Source: Hydrogenophaga sp.
GTDB lineage: Bacteria > Pseudomonadota > Gammaproteobacteria > Burkholderiales > Burkholderiaceae_C
Assembly: GCF_030373225.1 (NCBI RefSeq)
Contig: NZ_JAUCZG010000007.1
Coordinates: 15,807 to 79,806, forward strand
Length of the DNA: 64,000 bases
Direction of reading: 5' to 3'
The position numbers and the translations under genes were made by a program. Under the pieces are notes generated by a model, which did not search any database, was not told the origin of the DNA, and was given only the letters and a program-made list of their open reading frames with translations. Position 1 is the first letter of the stretch. Every line of letters starts with the position of its first letter. Shown one piece after another: positions 13,658-23,290 of this stretch.

Positions 13658-14617
13658 TCAGTGCCAGGCCGGGGGCTGGACCCATCCGAAACGCCGGGGC
13701 AAGCACCCCGCGAGGGCATAGAGCCAATGGGTGGCCGCCATTCTGCGCGCCTGCCGCTCCAGCACGACATGCAGGCACTGGCGTTCCTCAACAATCGCCT
13801 CGCTGAGGTCGATGGCACATCGGGAGCCAAAACGGAATGCCGCCTCTGCGGTGCGCCGCAAGGAGCGGGCCCGCACGTACCGGGCGTGCTGCCGATCCAG
13901 ATCGAGCACCGTTTGCAGATACGCCTCCCGGGCCGCCGAAAAGTCCGCGACGGCCTGGATTCGGGCCTGCACCATGGCGTCAAGGGCCTGGCCACACACC
14001 TGCGAGGCACCGGTGCGCTGCTCGCTCCGGTCGCCCGCCCGCTGAAGACCGGGATGCGGGCCAGCGTGCACCCACAGGCAGGCCTTGGCCAGCCGGTCCA
14101 TTTCGTCTTCGGCAATCGGGCCCGGTGCATCGACCAAGGGCTCGAGTTGTGCGGGCAACAAACGGGTCTGGCGGGTGAACCGCTGGCCGACTTGTCTCCA
14201 TTCGGTCATGGCCTCAAACACCTTGTCGTCCCCGGCGGCCAACAGCGCCGAAACCCGAAGCACTTCCAGAGAGCCGGCCTGCCCTGCGTCTGCGCGCGCA
14301 ACCAGCATCTCGAGCACAGTCTGCAACTCACGCTGTGTGCAGAAAGCGTTCTGCAGCTGGAGTCGCGCGGTATCGAGCTGGAGGCAGGTGTCCAGTGCGG
14401 CAGCGAGGTGGTCGTTGATGCGCCGCTGGGTCGGCGGGTCGTTCGCCATGAGTGCGCCGTGCAACCCTGCGCTGCCGATCTCGCCATCAAGGGTCAGAAG
14501 ATGGCGCAGAACCGCGGCCAGTGGCATGGGCTGGTGGGCCGATGCAGCCTGCGGCTGCGTTTGCAACCGTGGGCCCCCGGGGCCAGGTTGCCTGGCCGGC
14601 GCATCGCGCTCCGTCAT
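13658..14617 (-). CDS. hypothetical protein with weak TolC/OEP-like C-terminal repeat and no signal peptide
   Basis: The ATG at 14617 is preceded by GGGAGGA. The C-terminal segment RSLRRTAEAAFRFGSRCAIDLSEAIVEERQ...ATHWLYALAG resembles the last helical repeat of outer-membrane efflux proteins. The N-terminus is Pro/Gln-rich and is not a signal peptide. Confidence 0.45.
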   Translation of the reverse strand: MTERDAPARQPGPGGPRLQTQPQAASAHQPMPLAAVLRHLLTLDGEIGSAGLHGALMANDPPTQRRINDHLAAALDTCLQLDTARLQLQNAFCTQRELQTVLEMLVARADAGQAGSLEVLRVSALLAAGDDKVFEAMTEWRQVGQRFTRQTRLLPAQLEPLVDAPGPIAEDEMDRLAKACLWVHAGPHPGLQRAGDRSEQRTGASQVCGQALDAMVQARIQAVADFSAAREAYLQTVLDLDRQHARYVRARSLRRTAEAAFRFGSRCAIDLSEAIVEERQCLHVVLERQARRMAATHWLYALAGCLPRRFGWVQPPAWH

Positions 14618-14762
14618 GTCCGGTTCCTCCCGTTTGAATGCTGTGGCCAGCAGTCTCCCGGGGGTGGATTGGCGTCTCAATAACGCTCGCGCAGTATTTT
14701 GGAGGCAGGGTGTCGCCGACGTCACGGAAGCCTCATGGATTTTTTCGAAGCACGGGGCTACG

Positions 14763-17063
14763 ATGGCCGACGCCAGCTCCGCCATCCAAGGAAGACGCCT
14801 GAATCCCATGCGAAACCCGGACTCGATTCCCTGGGATCAACTCCCGGGTCTGTCGGCGGCGTTGGGAACGGGCGCTGCATTGCTGGGTGTCTCGAACGAC
14901 CTGCTGGAAGTCCTTCGCAGAAGGGGCGAACCGGAACACTGGTGCGCCTGGTTGACCGAGTCGTCACGTCGCGAGTTGCTCGACCAACTCGGCCGCCACG
15001 AGAACTTTCAGATCACGCTGCAGCTGGGCGAGAACACAGGCCCGGATTCGGCGCTGCCTCCCCTGTGGTTGGCGTGCGATGGTCACTGGATGCCGGACAC
15101 GGCTTGTCACTTCTGCCACTTCGCCGACGCCACGTCCATCGAACAGGCTCGCGTCGACGCGCAAACGCTGATCGAACGCATCCGTCTGATCTTCAAACAC
15201 CTGCCGGTCATGGTCGCCCACTTCGGCCCGCCACCGCATGGCCTCTGTGAGTTCGCCAACCAGCCGTTTGCCGAGCTGTTCGGGCACAGCGAGCAATCGA
15301 TCATCGGCGTGCCTTCCCTCGATCGCATCTTCGAGGGCGCGCGAGGCACCCTGGCGCCGTTCCTGCGCGAGGCGCTCATGCAACGCGCACCCGTGACATT
15401 CCCCTTCGGACTCCACTCCGCGAAAGGACACCGGGTCCAGCTTGAAGTGACGGTCATCCCCTGGCAGAGTTCGGCGGCGGCCGATGACGGCCAGGGGTTT
15501 TCCTTCCTGATCACCGACATCACCGAACGGCACAAGGCAGAGCTCGCGCGGCGGGAGTCGGAAGACCGCTTGTCACGCTTCATGAATGCCAGTGAAGAGG
15601 GCGTGCTGTTTCACCGCGATGGCCTGATCACCGATGCGAACCCGGCTGCGAGCCTGCTGCTTGAAACACCCCTGCACGAGTTGCTGGGGCGCCCGGTGCT
15701 GGAGCTGATTGCGCCGGAGTTCCGTGCCCGTGCCTCGCACGCCATGGCCTCGGGCGCGGACGCCTCCCACGAGAGCGAGATCTTCAACCGCCACGGCCAG
15801 CGCATTCCGGTGGAGATCATCGGGCGCTCCATGATGCGCAACGGCGAGCGCCTGCGCATGGCCGTCGTGCGCGACATCCGCGACCGCCGCGAAGCCCAGG
15901 CCCGCATCCACGAACTCATCGAGGGCCTGCGCTCCGAGAAAGACAGGGCCGAGGCCGCCGACCGCGCCAAGTCCGTCTTCCTGGCCGCCGCCAGCCACGA
16001 CCTGCGCCAACCCATCCACGCCCTCAGCCTCTTCCTCACCGCCCTGCGCTCCATGTCCCAGGCCCCCCGCTTGCGCAGCGCCGACCTCGCCGAACTGTGC
16101 CAGCGCATGCAGGCCTCCCTGGACGGCCTGGGCCAGTTGCTCAACATGCTGCTGGACGTCTCCCGCCTGGACGCCAACGCCGTGCAGGTCGAGCCAGCGC
16201 CCACCAGCGCGCAGCGCCTGCTCGAAGAGCTCGATCAGGACTTCCACCAGATCGCCGGCGACAAGGGCCTGCAGCTGCACGTGGCCAGCTCCCGCCTGTG
16301 GGTCGACACCGACCCCACCGTGCTGCGCCGCATACTCACCAACCTGGTCTCCAACGCCGTGCGCTACACCTCCCGCGGGCGCGTGCTCATCGGCTGTCGC
16401 CCGCGCGGCCACGAGGTCGAGTTCCAGGTCTGGGACAGCGGCATCGGCATCCCCACCGCGCAGCGCGAGGCCATCTTCGAGGAGTTCTTCCAGATCGGCC
16501 AGACCACCGCTGCGCGCCACGAGTCCCACGGCCTGGGCCTGGGCCTGTCCATCGTCAAACGCTCCGCCCTGCTGCTGCACGCCACCCTCAACCTGCGCTC
16601 CACCCCGGGCCGCGGCTCCATGTTCAGCATCCGCGTCCCTCGCTGCCCTCCGCCACCACACAGCGCCGCAACCGCGAAGGAGCCCGCGTTCGCACGGTCT
16701 GCCGCCCGCCTCGGTGTGCTGGTGATCGACGACGACCAGCAGGTGCTCGCCGCCATGCGCAGCGTGCTCGGCGTCTGGGGGCACCGGGTCTTCTGCGCCA
16801 CCTCCCCCGACGAGGCCGTCGTCATGGCCATCAGCCACGCCAACGACATCGACCTGCTCATCTCCGACTACCGACTGGGCGGCAACGTCACCGCCATCGA
16901 CACCATCCACGCCGTGCACGCCTGCCTGCCCTGTCCCGTCCCCACCTACATCTTCACCGGTGACACCTCCCCCCAGCGCATCCACGAAGCCGCCGAACTC
17001 GGCTTCCCGCTGCTGCACAAACCCATCGACGCGCGCGCCCTGCGCTCCATCCTGGAGCAGTGA
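14763..17063 (+). CDS. PAS-domain hybrid sensor histidine kinase/response regulator
   Basis: PAS regions, the HisKA H-box FLAAASHDLRQPIH, HATPase N/G boxes (NLVSNAVRYT, DSGIGIP, GLGLGLSIV) and a C-terminal receiver (VLVIDDD...LLISDYRL...HKP). The start could instead be the ATG at 14808. Confidence 0.9.
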   Translation: MADASSAIQGRRLNPMRNPDSIPWDQLPGLSAALGTGAALLGVSNDLLEVLRRRGEPEHWCAWLTESSRRELLDQLGRHENFQITLQLGENTGPDSALPPLWLACDGHWMPDTACHFCHFADATSIEQARVDAQTLIERIRLIFKHLPVMVAHFGPPPHGLCEFANQPFAELFGHSEQSIIGVPSLDRIFEGARGTLAPFLREALMQRAPVTFPFGLHSAKGHRVQLEVTVIPWQSSAAADDGQGFSFLITDITERHKAELARRESEDRLSRFMNASEEGVLFHRDGLITDANPAASLLLETPLHELLGRPVLELIAPEFRARASHAMASGADASHESEIFNRHGQRIPVEIIGRSMMRNGERLRMAVVRDIRDRREAQARIHELIEGLRSEKDRAEAADRAKSVFLAAASHDLRQPIHALSLFLTALRSMSQAPRLRSADLAELCQRMQASLDGLGQLLNMLLDVSRLDANAVQVEPAPTSAQRLLEELDQDFHQIAGDKGLQLHVASSRLWVDTDPTVLRRILTNLVSNAVRYTSRGRVLIGCRPRGHEVEFQVWDSGIGIPTAQREAIFEEFFQIGQTTAARHESHGLGLGLSIVKRSALLLHATLNLRSTPGRGSMFSIRVPRCPPPPHSAATAKEPAFARSAARLGVLVIDDDQQVLAAMRSVLGVWGHRVFCATSPDEAVVMAISHANDIDLLISDYRLGGNVTAIDTIHAVHACLPCPVPTYIFTGDTSPQRIHEAAELGFPLLHKPIDARALRSILEQ
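15679..16646 (+). repeat. 968-bp direct repeat, copy 1 (inside kinase gene 1)
   Basis: Compared block by block with 17949-18916 (offset 2270 bp) and no mismatch seen. The flanks differ at 15678/17948 and 16647/18917. Confidence 0.9.
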
Positions 17064-17071
17064 AAAACGGC

Positions 17072-18955
17072 ATGGAACACGCTCCCGGCCCGAACCACCC
17101 CAAGCCCGAACCGGCACAGCCGTGGTGGCAGCACCTGCCGGGTCTGGTGCTTGTGATCACCGAGCAAGGGCGGCCGCTCTACGCCAGCCCGGCACTCACG
17201 TCGTTGCACGAAGCCCATGCCCTGGACGGCGACTGCATCACGGCCCTCACACCCGGATCGGGCCAGGCACTGCACGACCGGCTCAGCCGCCGCGCCGACT
17301 TCCAGCTGGAACTGCAATGGTCCACGCGCCGATCGGAAACGCCGGTCCGGTGGTTTTCGTGTTCGGCCAGATGGCAGGCCGATGCGAGGCAGTACCTCTG
17401 CCTGTGGGTCGACATCACCGCCTGCGCGCGGGCGCGGGAGGAGACCGGCGCCAGGGCCGCGTTTCTGCGCAACTTCTGCAATGCCATCCCGGTCATGGTG
17501 GCGCACTACAGCCATCCGTTTCGCTGCGAGTACGCCAACCGGCACTATGCGGCCCTGTATGGGCACAACGAGCAATCCATCCTGGGGCTGACCGTGGGCG
17601 AATTGCCCCGGATCGACCCCGACGACAGGATGCCGACGCGGGAGCTGGCGCTCCCGGAGCGCAGCCTGGTGACGTATGAACAGTCGTTGGTCGATCCGAA
17701 AAGCGGGCTCCAATGGCTCGAGGTCACCGTGGTGCCCTTTTTTGACGACAGCGGCAGCACGCCGGGCGGGGCCATCCTGAACCAGTTCATCACGCAACGG
17801 CGGCGCGCAGAGATCGCTTCGCGCGAATCGGAAAACCGCCTGGCGGCGTTCATGCAGGCGAGTGCGGAGGGCGTGATCTTCCATGTCGACGGGGTGATCA
17901 CCGACGCCAACCCGGCGGCCTGCCACCTGTACGACGGTGCCATGGACAAGTTGCTGGGGCGCCCGGTGCTGGAGCTGATTGCGCCGGAGTTCCGTGCCCG
18001 TGCCTCGCACGCCATGGCCTCGGGCGCGGACGCCTCCCACGAGAGCGAGATCTTCAACCGCCACGGCCAGCGCATTCCGGTGGAGATCATCGGGCGCTCC
18101 ATGATGCGCAACGGCGAGCGCCTGCGCATGGCCGTCGTGCGCGACATCCGCGACCGCCGCGAAGCCCAGGCCCGCATCCACGAACTCATCGAGGGCCTGC
18201 GCTCCGAGAAAGACAGGGCCGAGGCCGCCGACCGCGCCAAGTCCGTCTTCCTGGCCGCCGCCAGCCACGACCTGCGCCAACCCATCCACGCCCTCAGCCT
18301 CTTCCTCACCGCCCTGCGCTCCATGTCCCAGGCCCCCCGCTTGCGCAGCGCCGACCTCGCCGAACTGTGCCAGCGCATGCAGGCCTCCCTGGACGGCCTG
18401 GGCCAGTTGCTCAACATGCTGCTGGACGTCTCCCGCCTGGACGCCAACGCCGTGCAGGTCGAGCCAGCGCCCACCAGCGCGCAGCGCCTGCTCGAAGAGC
18501 TCGATCAGGACTTCCACCAGATCGCCGGCGACAAGGGCCTGCAGCTGCACGTGGCCAGCTCCCGCCTGTGGGTCGACACCGACCCCACCGTGCTGCGCCG
18601 CATACTCACCAACCTGGTCTCCAACGCCGTGCGCTACACCTCCCGCGGGCGCGTGCTCATCGGCTGTCGCCCGCGCGGCCACGAGGTCGAGTTCCAGGTC
18701 TGGGACAGCGGCATCGGCATCCCCACCGCGCAGCGCGAGGCCATCTTCGAGGAGTTCTTCCAGATCGGCCAGACCACCGCTGCGCGCCACGAGTCCCACG
18801 GCCTGGGCCTGGGCCTGTCCATCGTCAAACGCTCCGCCCTGCTGCTGCACGCCACCCTCAACCTGCGCTCCACCCCGGGCCGCGGCTCCATGTTCAGCAT
18901 CCGCGTCCCTCGCTGCTCTCCGCCCACCGACACCGCCTCGGCCCGGCTGGCATGA
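17072..18955 (+). CDS. PAS-domain sensor histidine kinase (no receiver domain)
   Basis: Paralog of the upstream kinase with the same H-box and ATPase motifs. It ends 13 codons after the ATPase domain. The track start at 17060 is a GTG overlapping the upstream stop; the first ATG is at 17072. Confidence 0.88.
   Translation: MEHAPGPNHPKPEPAQPWWQHLPGLVLVITEQGRPLYASPALTSLHEAHALDGDCITALTPGSGQALHDRLSRRADFQLELQWSTRRSETPVRWFSCSARWQADARQYLCLWVDITACARAREETGARAAFLRNFCNAIPVMVAHYSHPFRCEYANRHYAALYGHNEQSILGLTVGELPRIDPDDRMPTRELALPERSLVTYEQSLVDPKSGLQWLEVTVVPFFDDSGSTPGGAILNQFITQRRRAEIASRESENRLAAFMQASAEGVIFHVDGVITDANPAACHLYDGAMDKLLGRPVLELIAPEFRARASHAMASGADASHESEIFNRHGQRIPVEIIGRSMMRNGERLRMAVVRDIRDRREAQARIHELIEGLRSEKDRAEAADRAKSVFLAAASHDLRQPIHALSLFLTALRSMSQAPRLRSADLAELCQRMQASLDGLGQLLNMLLDVSRLDANAVQVEPAPTSAQRLLEELDQDFHQIAGDKGLQLHVASSRLWVDTDPTVLRRILTNLVSNAVRYTSRGRVLIGCRPRGHEVEFQVWDSGIGIPTAQREAIFEEFFQIGQTTAARHESHGLGLGLSIVKRSALLLHATLNLRSTPGRGSMFSIRVPRCSPPTDTASARLA
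17949..18916 (+). repeat. 968-bp direct repeat, copy 2 (inside kinase gene 2)
   Basis: Identical by eye to 15679-16646. Confidence 0.9.
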
Positions 18956-18980
18956 TGTCGGGCTTTGCTCGACCGCCCGA

Positions 18981-19751
18981 ATGCAGGAAACCATGAACCC
19001 GAACGCCCCCGAACCCACCGACGCTGCAGCCACGGCACCCACCGAATCCGGCACCGGAAACCCGCCACCGGCACGCAGCGGGCGCAACCGTCGCGGCCCC
19101 GCGCCACAGCGCGCGCCGCACAACGGTGCCAACCCGGGCGCGGGGACACCGCCCCAGCGGCACCACCCCATGCTCGACCAGCTCGCGCAGTCCTATCCGG
19201 CCTTGTTCGGCGAGGTGTTCCGGCCTCTGAAGCGCGGCATCTTCCAGGACCTGCTCGAGGCGCAACCCGAAGTGTTCGACAAGGACGGCCTGAAAACCGC
19301 GCTGGCGCTGCACACGCGATCGACCCGCTACCTCACTGCGGTGGCCAGTGGCCAGCCCCGCTGCGACCTGAGCGGTCAACCGGTGGAAGATCTCGCGCCC
19401 GAGCACGTGCACCACGCGCTGGTGGAGGTGTTTCGCCGCCGCCAGGGCCGCGCGCCGCAAGACCTGCGACCCAAGCTGCGCCAACGCATCGAGCAGGCGT
19501 TCGAAGCCTCCGGCCTGGGCGCCGAGGCCTACGCCGCGCTGGTCCAGACGCGCGACGAGGCCTTGAACACCTTGACCCAGGAGGCACTGGACGCGGTGGT
19601 GAGCCGGGCCGCCAGGGACGCGGCGCTGCTGCGCGCGTTCGAAGCCAGCGGCAAGACGGTCGAGGCGTTCGCCGACATGTACGGCATGGGCGTGGCGGAT
19701 GCGAACCGCACGCTGGAGCGGGCGCGTTCGCGCGCGGTCAAGCCCGCCTGA
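18981..19751 (+). CDS. ProQ/FinO family RNA-binding protein
   Basis: A Pro/Arg-rich N-terminus is followed by LAQSYPALFGEVFRPLKRGIFQDL...LKTALALHTRSTRYLTAVASGQPRCDLSG, matching the ProQ/FinO domain pattern. Confidence 0.7.
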   Translation: MQETMNPNAPEPTDAAATAPTESGTGNPPPARSGRNRRGPAPQRAPHNGANPGAGTPPQRHHPMLDQLAQSYPALFGEVFRPLKRGIFQDLLEAQPEVFDKDGLKTALALHTRSTRYLTAVASGQPRCDLSGQPVEDLAPEHVHHALVEVFRRRQGRAPQDLRPKLRQRIEQAFEASGLGAEAYAALVQTRDEALNTLTQEALDAVVSRAARDAALLRAFEASGKTVEAFADMYGMGVADANRTLERARSRAVKPA

Positions 19752-19766
19752 GTTCGGTCGGCAGCT

Positions 19767-21071
19767 TCAGGCCGCCGGCATCGTGAAGACGGTGAGCACG
19801 CCGGTGTAGCCGTAGAGCCGGTGGTGGGCAATCTCGCCGCCCGCGAAAAAACCCACCAGAGGCACATCGCCGAGCGCTCTGCGCACCAGCTGCAGTTCGG
19901 CACTCGGGCTGCCGAAGTGCGGGCCGCCGCGACCGGCGCAACTCACGTAAATGGCGCCTGCGATGCGCCGCGCCGGGTGGGGCGCGGCGTCTGCCTCGGC
20001 GGCGGTCAGGGCGCTGGCCATCGCGAAGTTGAGCTCTTCGGGCTCGAGCTCCTCCCGCACCTCGGAGCACACGCGGATCAGGTCGGCCCGCGCGGCCTGC
20101 ACGTTGCGCTCGCAAAACGCCATGCGTGTGCCCTCGGGCGCGAGGTCGCCAATGGCCACACCGCGGCGGCCCGGGTCCAGGCCGATCAGGTGACGCACCA
20201 TCACCTCGGCGCCGAACTGCCCGCGCAGGTGCGGCCCGCTGGCCGGCAGCTCGACATCGACGTCGGGATGCGGCAGCGTCAGGCCCACCAGCGTGGCGCG
20301 CAGACGCGGCATGGCCAGATCGGGCTGCTCCAGCGAAATGTCGAGCTCGCGCAGCAGCACGTCGAGTGCGGGTTCACCGTCGAGTTCGAGCACCAGGTTG
20401 CCATCGGACGCGGTGACGGTGCGCTCGCGGTCGACCGGCTGGGCTCCCTGCGTGACCCGCGAGACGATTCCCACATCGGGCCCGAAAGCCACGCCACTGA
20501 GGCCGCCATGGAACACGCCGCCGGCCGCGCCCTGCCCACGCAGGTTGCCCGCGCTGCCAAGCGAGAACTGGACGCTCTGGCCACGGCTGCCCGCCAGGCC
20601 GCCGAACACGTAGCCACTGACGGTGCGCTCGGCCACTTCGGCGATCAGCTCGTTGAGCTCCGGCGTGCCGCCATCGGCATGCACCAGCGCGGTATGGGCC
20701 ACGAAGCCGCTGGTGCCGGCACGGCCGCTGGCCGACAGCGGCGCCACCCCGCTGAACACGCGGTACTGGTCGGGGCTGAGGTCGCACAGCATCACGCACA
20801 GAGCGGGTTCGTCGAAATACTCCACGTTGTTGGCCGACACCCCCACTCCCACGGTGCCGGCCCAGTCGGTCACCTCGGGCAGTTCAGCGCTGAGGTGTTC
20901 CAGGATGGCCTGGGCTTCGGCGGCGTAGTGGTCGGTGATGTAGAGCAGCGCCAGCGAGGGCGCCCTGGCGTGGTCGGGCAAGGCCATCTGGCCGCGCAAT
21001 TGCGCCAGCACCAGCGCGGCGGCCATGCGCCATTGCGGATGGGTGGCGTGAGCGTAGGGAAAGAGTTTCAT
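19767..21071 (-). CDS. FIST N/C domain-containing signal-transduction protein
   Basis: 434 aa with N- and C-terminal regions resembling FIST_N/FIST_C (the C-terminal end reads PLVGFFAGGEIAHHRLYGYTGVLTVF). No output domain. Confidence 0.6.
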   Translation of the reverse strand: MKLFPYAHATHPQWRMAAALVLAQLRGQMALPDHARAPSLALLYITDHYAAEAQAILEHLSAELPEVTDWAGTVGVGVSANNVEYFDEPALCVMLCDLSPDQYRVFSGVAPLSASGRAGTSGFVAHTALVHADGGTPELNELIAEVAERTVSGYVFGGLAGSRGQSVQFSLGSAGNLRGQGAAGGVFHGGLSGVAFGPDVGIVSRVTQGAQPVDRERTVTASDGNLVLELDGEPALDVLLRELDISLEQPDLAMPRLRATLVGLTLPHPDVDVELPASGPHLRGQFGAEVMVRHLIGLDPGRRGVAIGDLAPEGTRMAFCERNVQAARADLIRVCSEVREELEPEELNFAMASALTAAEADAAPHPARRIAGAIYVSCAGRGGPHFGSPSAELQLVRRALGDVPLVGFFAGGEIAHHRLYGYTGVLTVFTMPAA

Positions 21072-21101
21072 CGGAGGTCGACCCGCCAGCGGCGCGAGGG
21101 T

Positions 21102-22235
21102 TCAACGCCTGCGCGGCGAAGCGGCGGCAGACTTGCGGGCAGCGGGTTTGCGGGGTGTGGCTTTCTTCGCTGCGGTTTTTTTCACCGCGGCCTTCTTCGC
21201 GCCGGCCTTGCCAGCGCTGGTTTTCTTCGCCGCCGATGTGCCCGGCGCGGGTTGTGCCCCGGGCTGCAGCGCGGCAAAGCCCGGGAAGAAAGCCGTGGGC
21301 AGGGTCCAGTCACCGGCCGCCATGGGCTGGGCCGCCGGCGCACGGTCACTCGATCGGGTGCTGGCGGCGCGGGTCGGCGCCTTTTTTGCGGCGGGCCCAG
21401 GCGCGGCTTTCCGGCGGGGCGCCGTCACCGCCCGCGCCGCTGCGCGGCCCATGCCGGCGGCCGTGCCCACGTTGCGGGCCACCGAGCCGCCGATGCTGCG
21501 CGCCGCCTTGCCGGCCATGCCGGTGGCGGTCTTCATGGCCTGGTCGGTGAGGCCGGTCGCCACCTGGCGTGTGGTGTCGAGAGCGGTCTGTTTGGCCACG
21601 TCCTTCATGGCATTGCTGGCGATCTGCTGGAACTGCTGCGAGATCGCGCCCCACCATTGCATGGGGTCGACCACACCGCCCGCTGCCGCCGGCGATGCTG
21701 CACCCGCCTTGCGCGGCGTGCGTCTGCGCACCGGCTGTGCAGCCTCCTCGGGCATGTCGTCGGACGCTTCTTCCTCTTCGGGATCAGGCTCGGGCTCGGG
21801 CATGCTGCCGTAGGTGCGGGCGGGAATCTCGAGCCCGGCAAACTGCGGGGCCGGCGCAGGTGATGCGGTGCCGGTGAAACCGGCCAGCGTGTCGGCCGCC
21901 TTGATCTTGAGCGCATTGGCCACGTCGCCCATGCTGAAGTTCATGCTCTTGAGGGTGGACAGCGTCATTTTCTGCACCTCCAGCGCCTGGATGGTGGCAC
22001 CCAGGGCCTTGGAGTTCTGGTCCAGCCAGAAATGCACCGCCTTGAGTTCCTCGATGCGCTTCTCGAGGTCTTCGACATTGAAGGTGGGCGCCACCCAGTG
22101 CCCGAGGTTGGGCATCTGCGGGATGTTCTGACCGATGCCCTGCACCACACCCCCGGCGGCCTGGCCAGCGAGGTTTTGCAGGAACTCGAAACCGGGCACG
22201 AACTTGCCGAAACCGCTGCTGGGCGCGTCGCTCAT
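21102..22235 (-). CDS. PhaM-like polyhydroxyalkanoate granule regulatory protein
   Basis: N-terminal FGKFVPGFEFLQNL...WVAPTFNVEDLEKRIEELKAVHFWLDQNSKALGATIQALEVQKMTL, plus a histone-H1-like Ala/Lys/Pro C-terminal tail (AKKTSAGKAGAKKAAVKKTAAKKATPRKP). Confidence 0.6.
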   Translation of the reverse strand: MSDAPSSGFGKFVPGFEFLQNLAGQAAGGVVQGIGQNIPQMPNLGHWVAPTFNVEDLEKRIEELKAVHFWLDQNSKALGATIQALEVQKMTLSTLKSMNFSMGDVANALKIKAADTLAGFTGTASPAPAPQFAGLEIPARTYGSMPEPEPDPEEEEASDDMPEEAAQPVRRRTPRKAGAASPAAAGGVVDPMQWWGAISQQFQQIASNAMKDVAKQTALDTTRQVATGLTDQAMKTATGMAGKAARSIGGSVARNVGTAAGMGRAAARAVTAPRRKAAPGPAAKKAPTRAASTRSSDRAPAAQPMAAGDWTLPTAFFPGFAALQPGAQPAPGTSAAKKTSAGKAGAKKAAVKKTAAKKATPRKPAARKSAAASPRRR

Positions 22236-22282
22236 GGGTGTCTCCTGTGATGGGGTCGGGGCGACTGCCGCGCTGGCGGTGT

Positions 22283-23122
22283 TCAGCCGTCCACGCCGTA
22301 GCGGGGGGCGCGGCGTTCACGCAAGGATGCCACACCTTCGCGCACGTCGGGACCGGCAAAACCCATGAATTCGAGCGCCAGCGAGGTGTCGAACGCGGGG
22401 CCCGCCTGGCGCAACCAGTTGTTGAGCGAGTACTTGGTCCAGCGGATCGCGGTCTGGCTCCCGCTGGCCAGCCGATCGGCCACTTCGTATGCCTTGTCGA
22501 GCAACTGGTCTTCGTCCACCGCCAGCGACACCAGACCGATGCGCTCGGCCTCCTCGCCACTGATGGGGTCGCACAACATCAGGTAGTACTTGGCCTTGGC
22601 CAGGCCACACAACAGCGGCCAGACGATGGCCGCGTGGTCACCGGCGGCCACGCCCAGGCGCGTGTGGCCATCGACGATCTTCGCGCTCCTGGCCGCGATC
22701 GAGATGTCGGCCAGCAGGCCGGCCACCAGGCCCGCACCCACCGCGGGGCCGTGCATGGCGCTCACGATGGGTTTGTCGCAATTGATGACGTTGTAGACCA
22801 GGTCGCGCGCTTCTTTCCAGACCCGCGCGCGCACCTCGAAGTCGGTTGCCATGTCCTGCACCAGCGCCAGGTCCCCGCCTCCCGAAAACCCCAGGCCGCT
22901 GCCGCGCAGCACGGCGCAGCGCACGCTGTCGTCGCGCCCCACGTCGCGCCAGATCTCGCTCAGCTCCCAATGGCCTTCGTGGCCGGCGGTGGGCAGCTTG
23001 CCGTTGCCTCCGGGGCCATCGGCCCGCATGCGGATGTCGAGCACCGAGGGCACACCGCCAACCGCGGGGCCGCGGCGGGTGATGTCCAGGGTCTGGTAAC
23101 GGCTGTAATCCACGGTGGTCAT
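22283..23122 (-). CDS. enoyl-CoA hydratase/isomerase family protein
   Basis: Crotonase-fold motifs [15 protein letters not shown] and [11 protein letters not shown]. Confidence 0.8.
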   Translation of the reverse strand: MTTVDYSRYQTLDITRRGPAVGGVPSVLDIRMRADGPGGNGKLPTAGHEGHWELSEIWRDVGRDDSVRCAVLRGSGLGFSGGGDLALVQDMATDFEVRARVWKEARDLVYNVINCDKPIVSAMHGPAVGAGLVAGLLADISIAARSAKIVDGHTRLGVAAGDHAAIVWPLLCGLAKAKYYLMLCDPISGEEAERIGLVSLAVDEDQLLDKAYEVADRLASGSQTAIRWTKYSLNNWLRQAGPAFDTSLALEFMGFAGPDVREGVASLRERRAPRYGVDG

Positions 23123-23290
23123 CAGGGTCTCCTCGGGAAATCGGTTTATGAATCAGCGACACGCAGCGTGCACTGGTCGGCGCTGTGATTGTGATTGACC
23201 TGCATCAAGACACATCGGCCTCGAAGGGCGCACCATGCAGGGGCACACCCGGGTTGCAGGATGACCCGCACTTTTTCCGAGGAGACCTCC

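Noticed and set aside
13226-14683. A 485-aa plus-strand ORF overlaps the 13658..14617 minus-strand gene.
   Set aside because: It has a Pro/Arg/Gly-rich composition and no RBS, whereas the minus-strand frame has a strong GGGAGGA RBS and a more protein-like composition. The minus-strand call itself is only moderately confident.
15679-18916. Possibility that the 968-bp identical repeats are copies of an insertion sequence or other mobile element.
   Set aside because: Both copies are in frame inside kinase genes and encode PAS, DHp and ATPase domains. There is no transposase, no terminal inverted repeats and no target-site duplication.
15573-19171. Long minus-strand ORFs (15573..17117 at 514 aa, and 16946..19171 at 741 aa) lie antisense to the two kinase genes.
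   Set aside because: Their translations are low-complexity Gly/Ala/Val/Asp/His-rich. They are duplicated only because the underlying 968-bp repeat is duplicated. The plus strand encodes complete kinase motifs.
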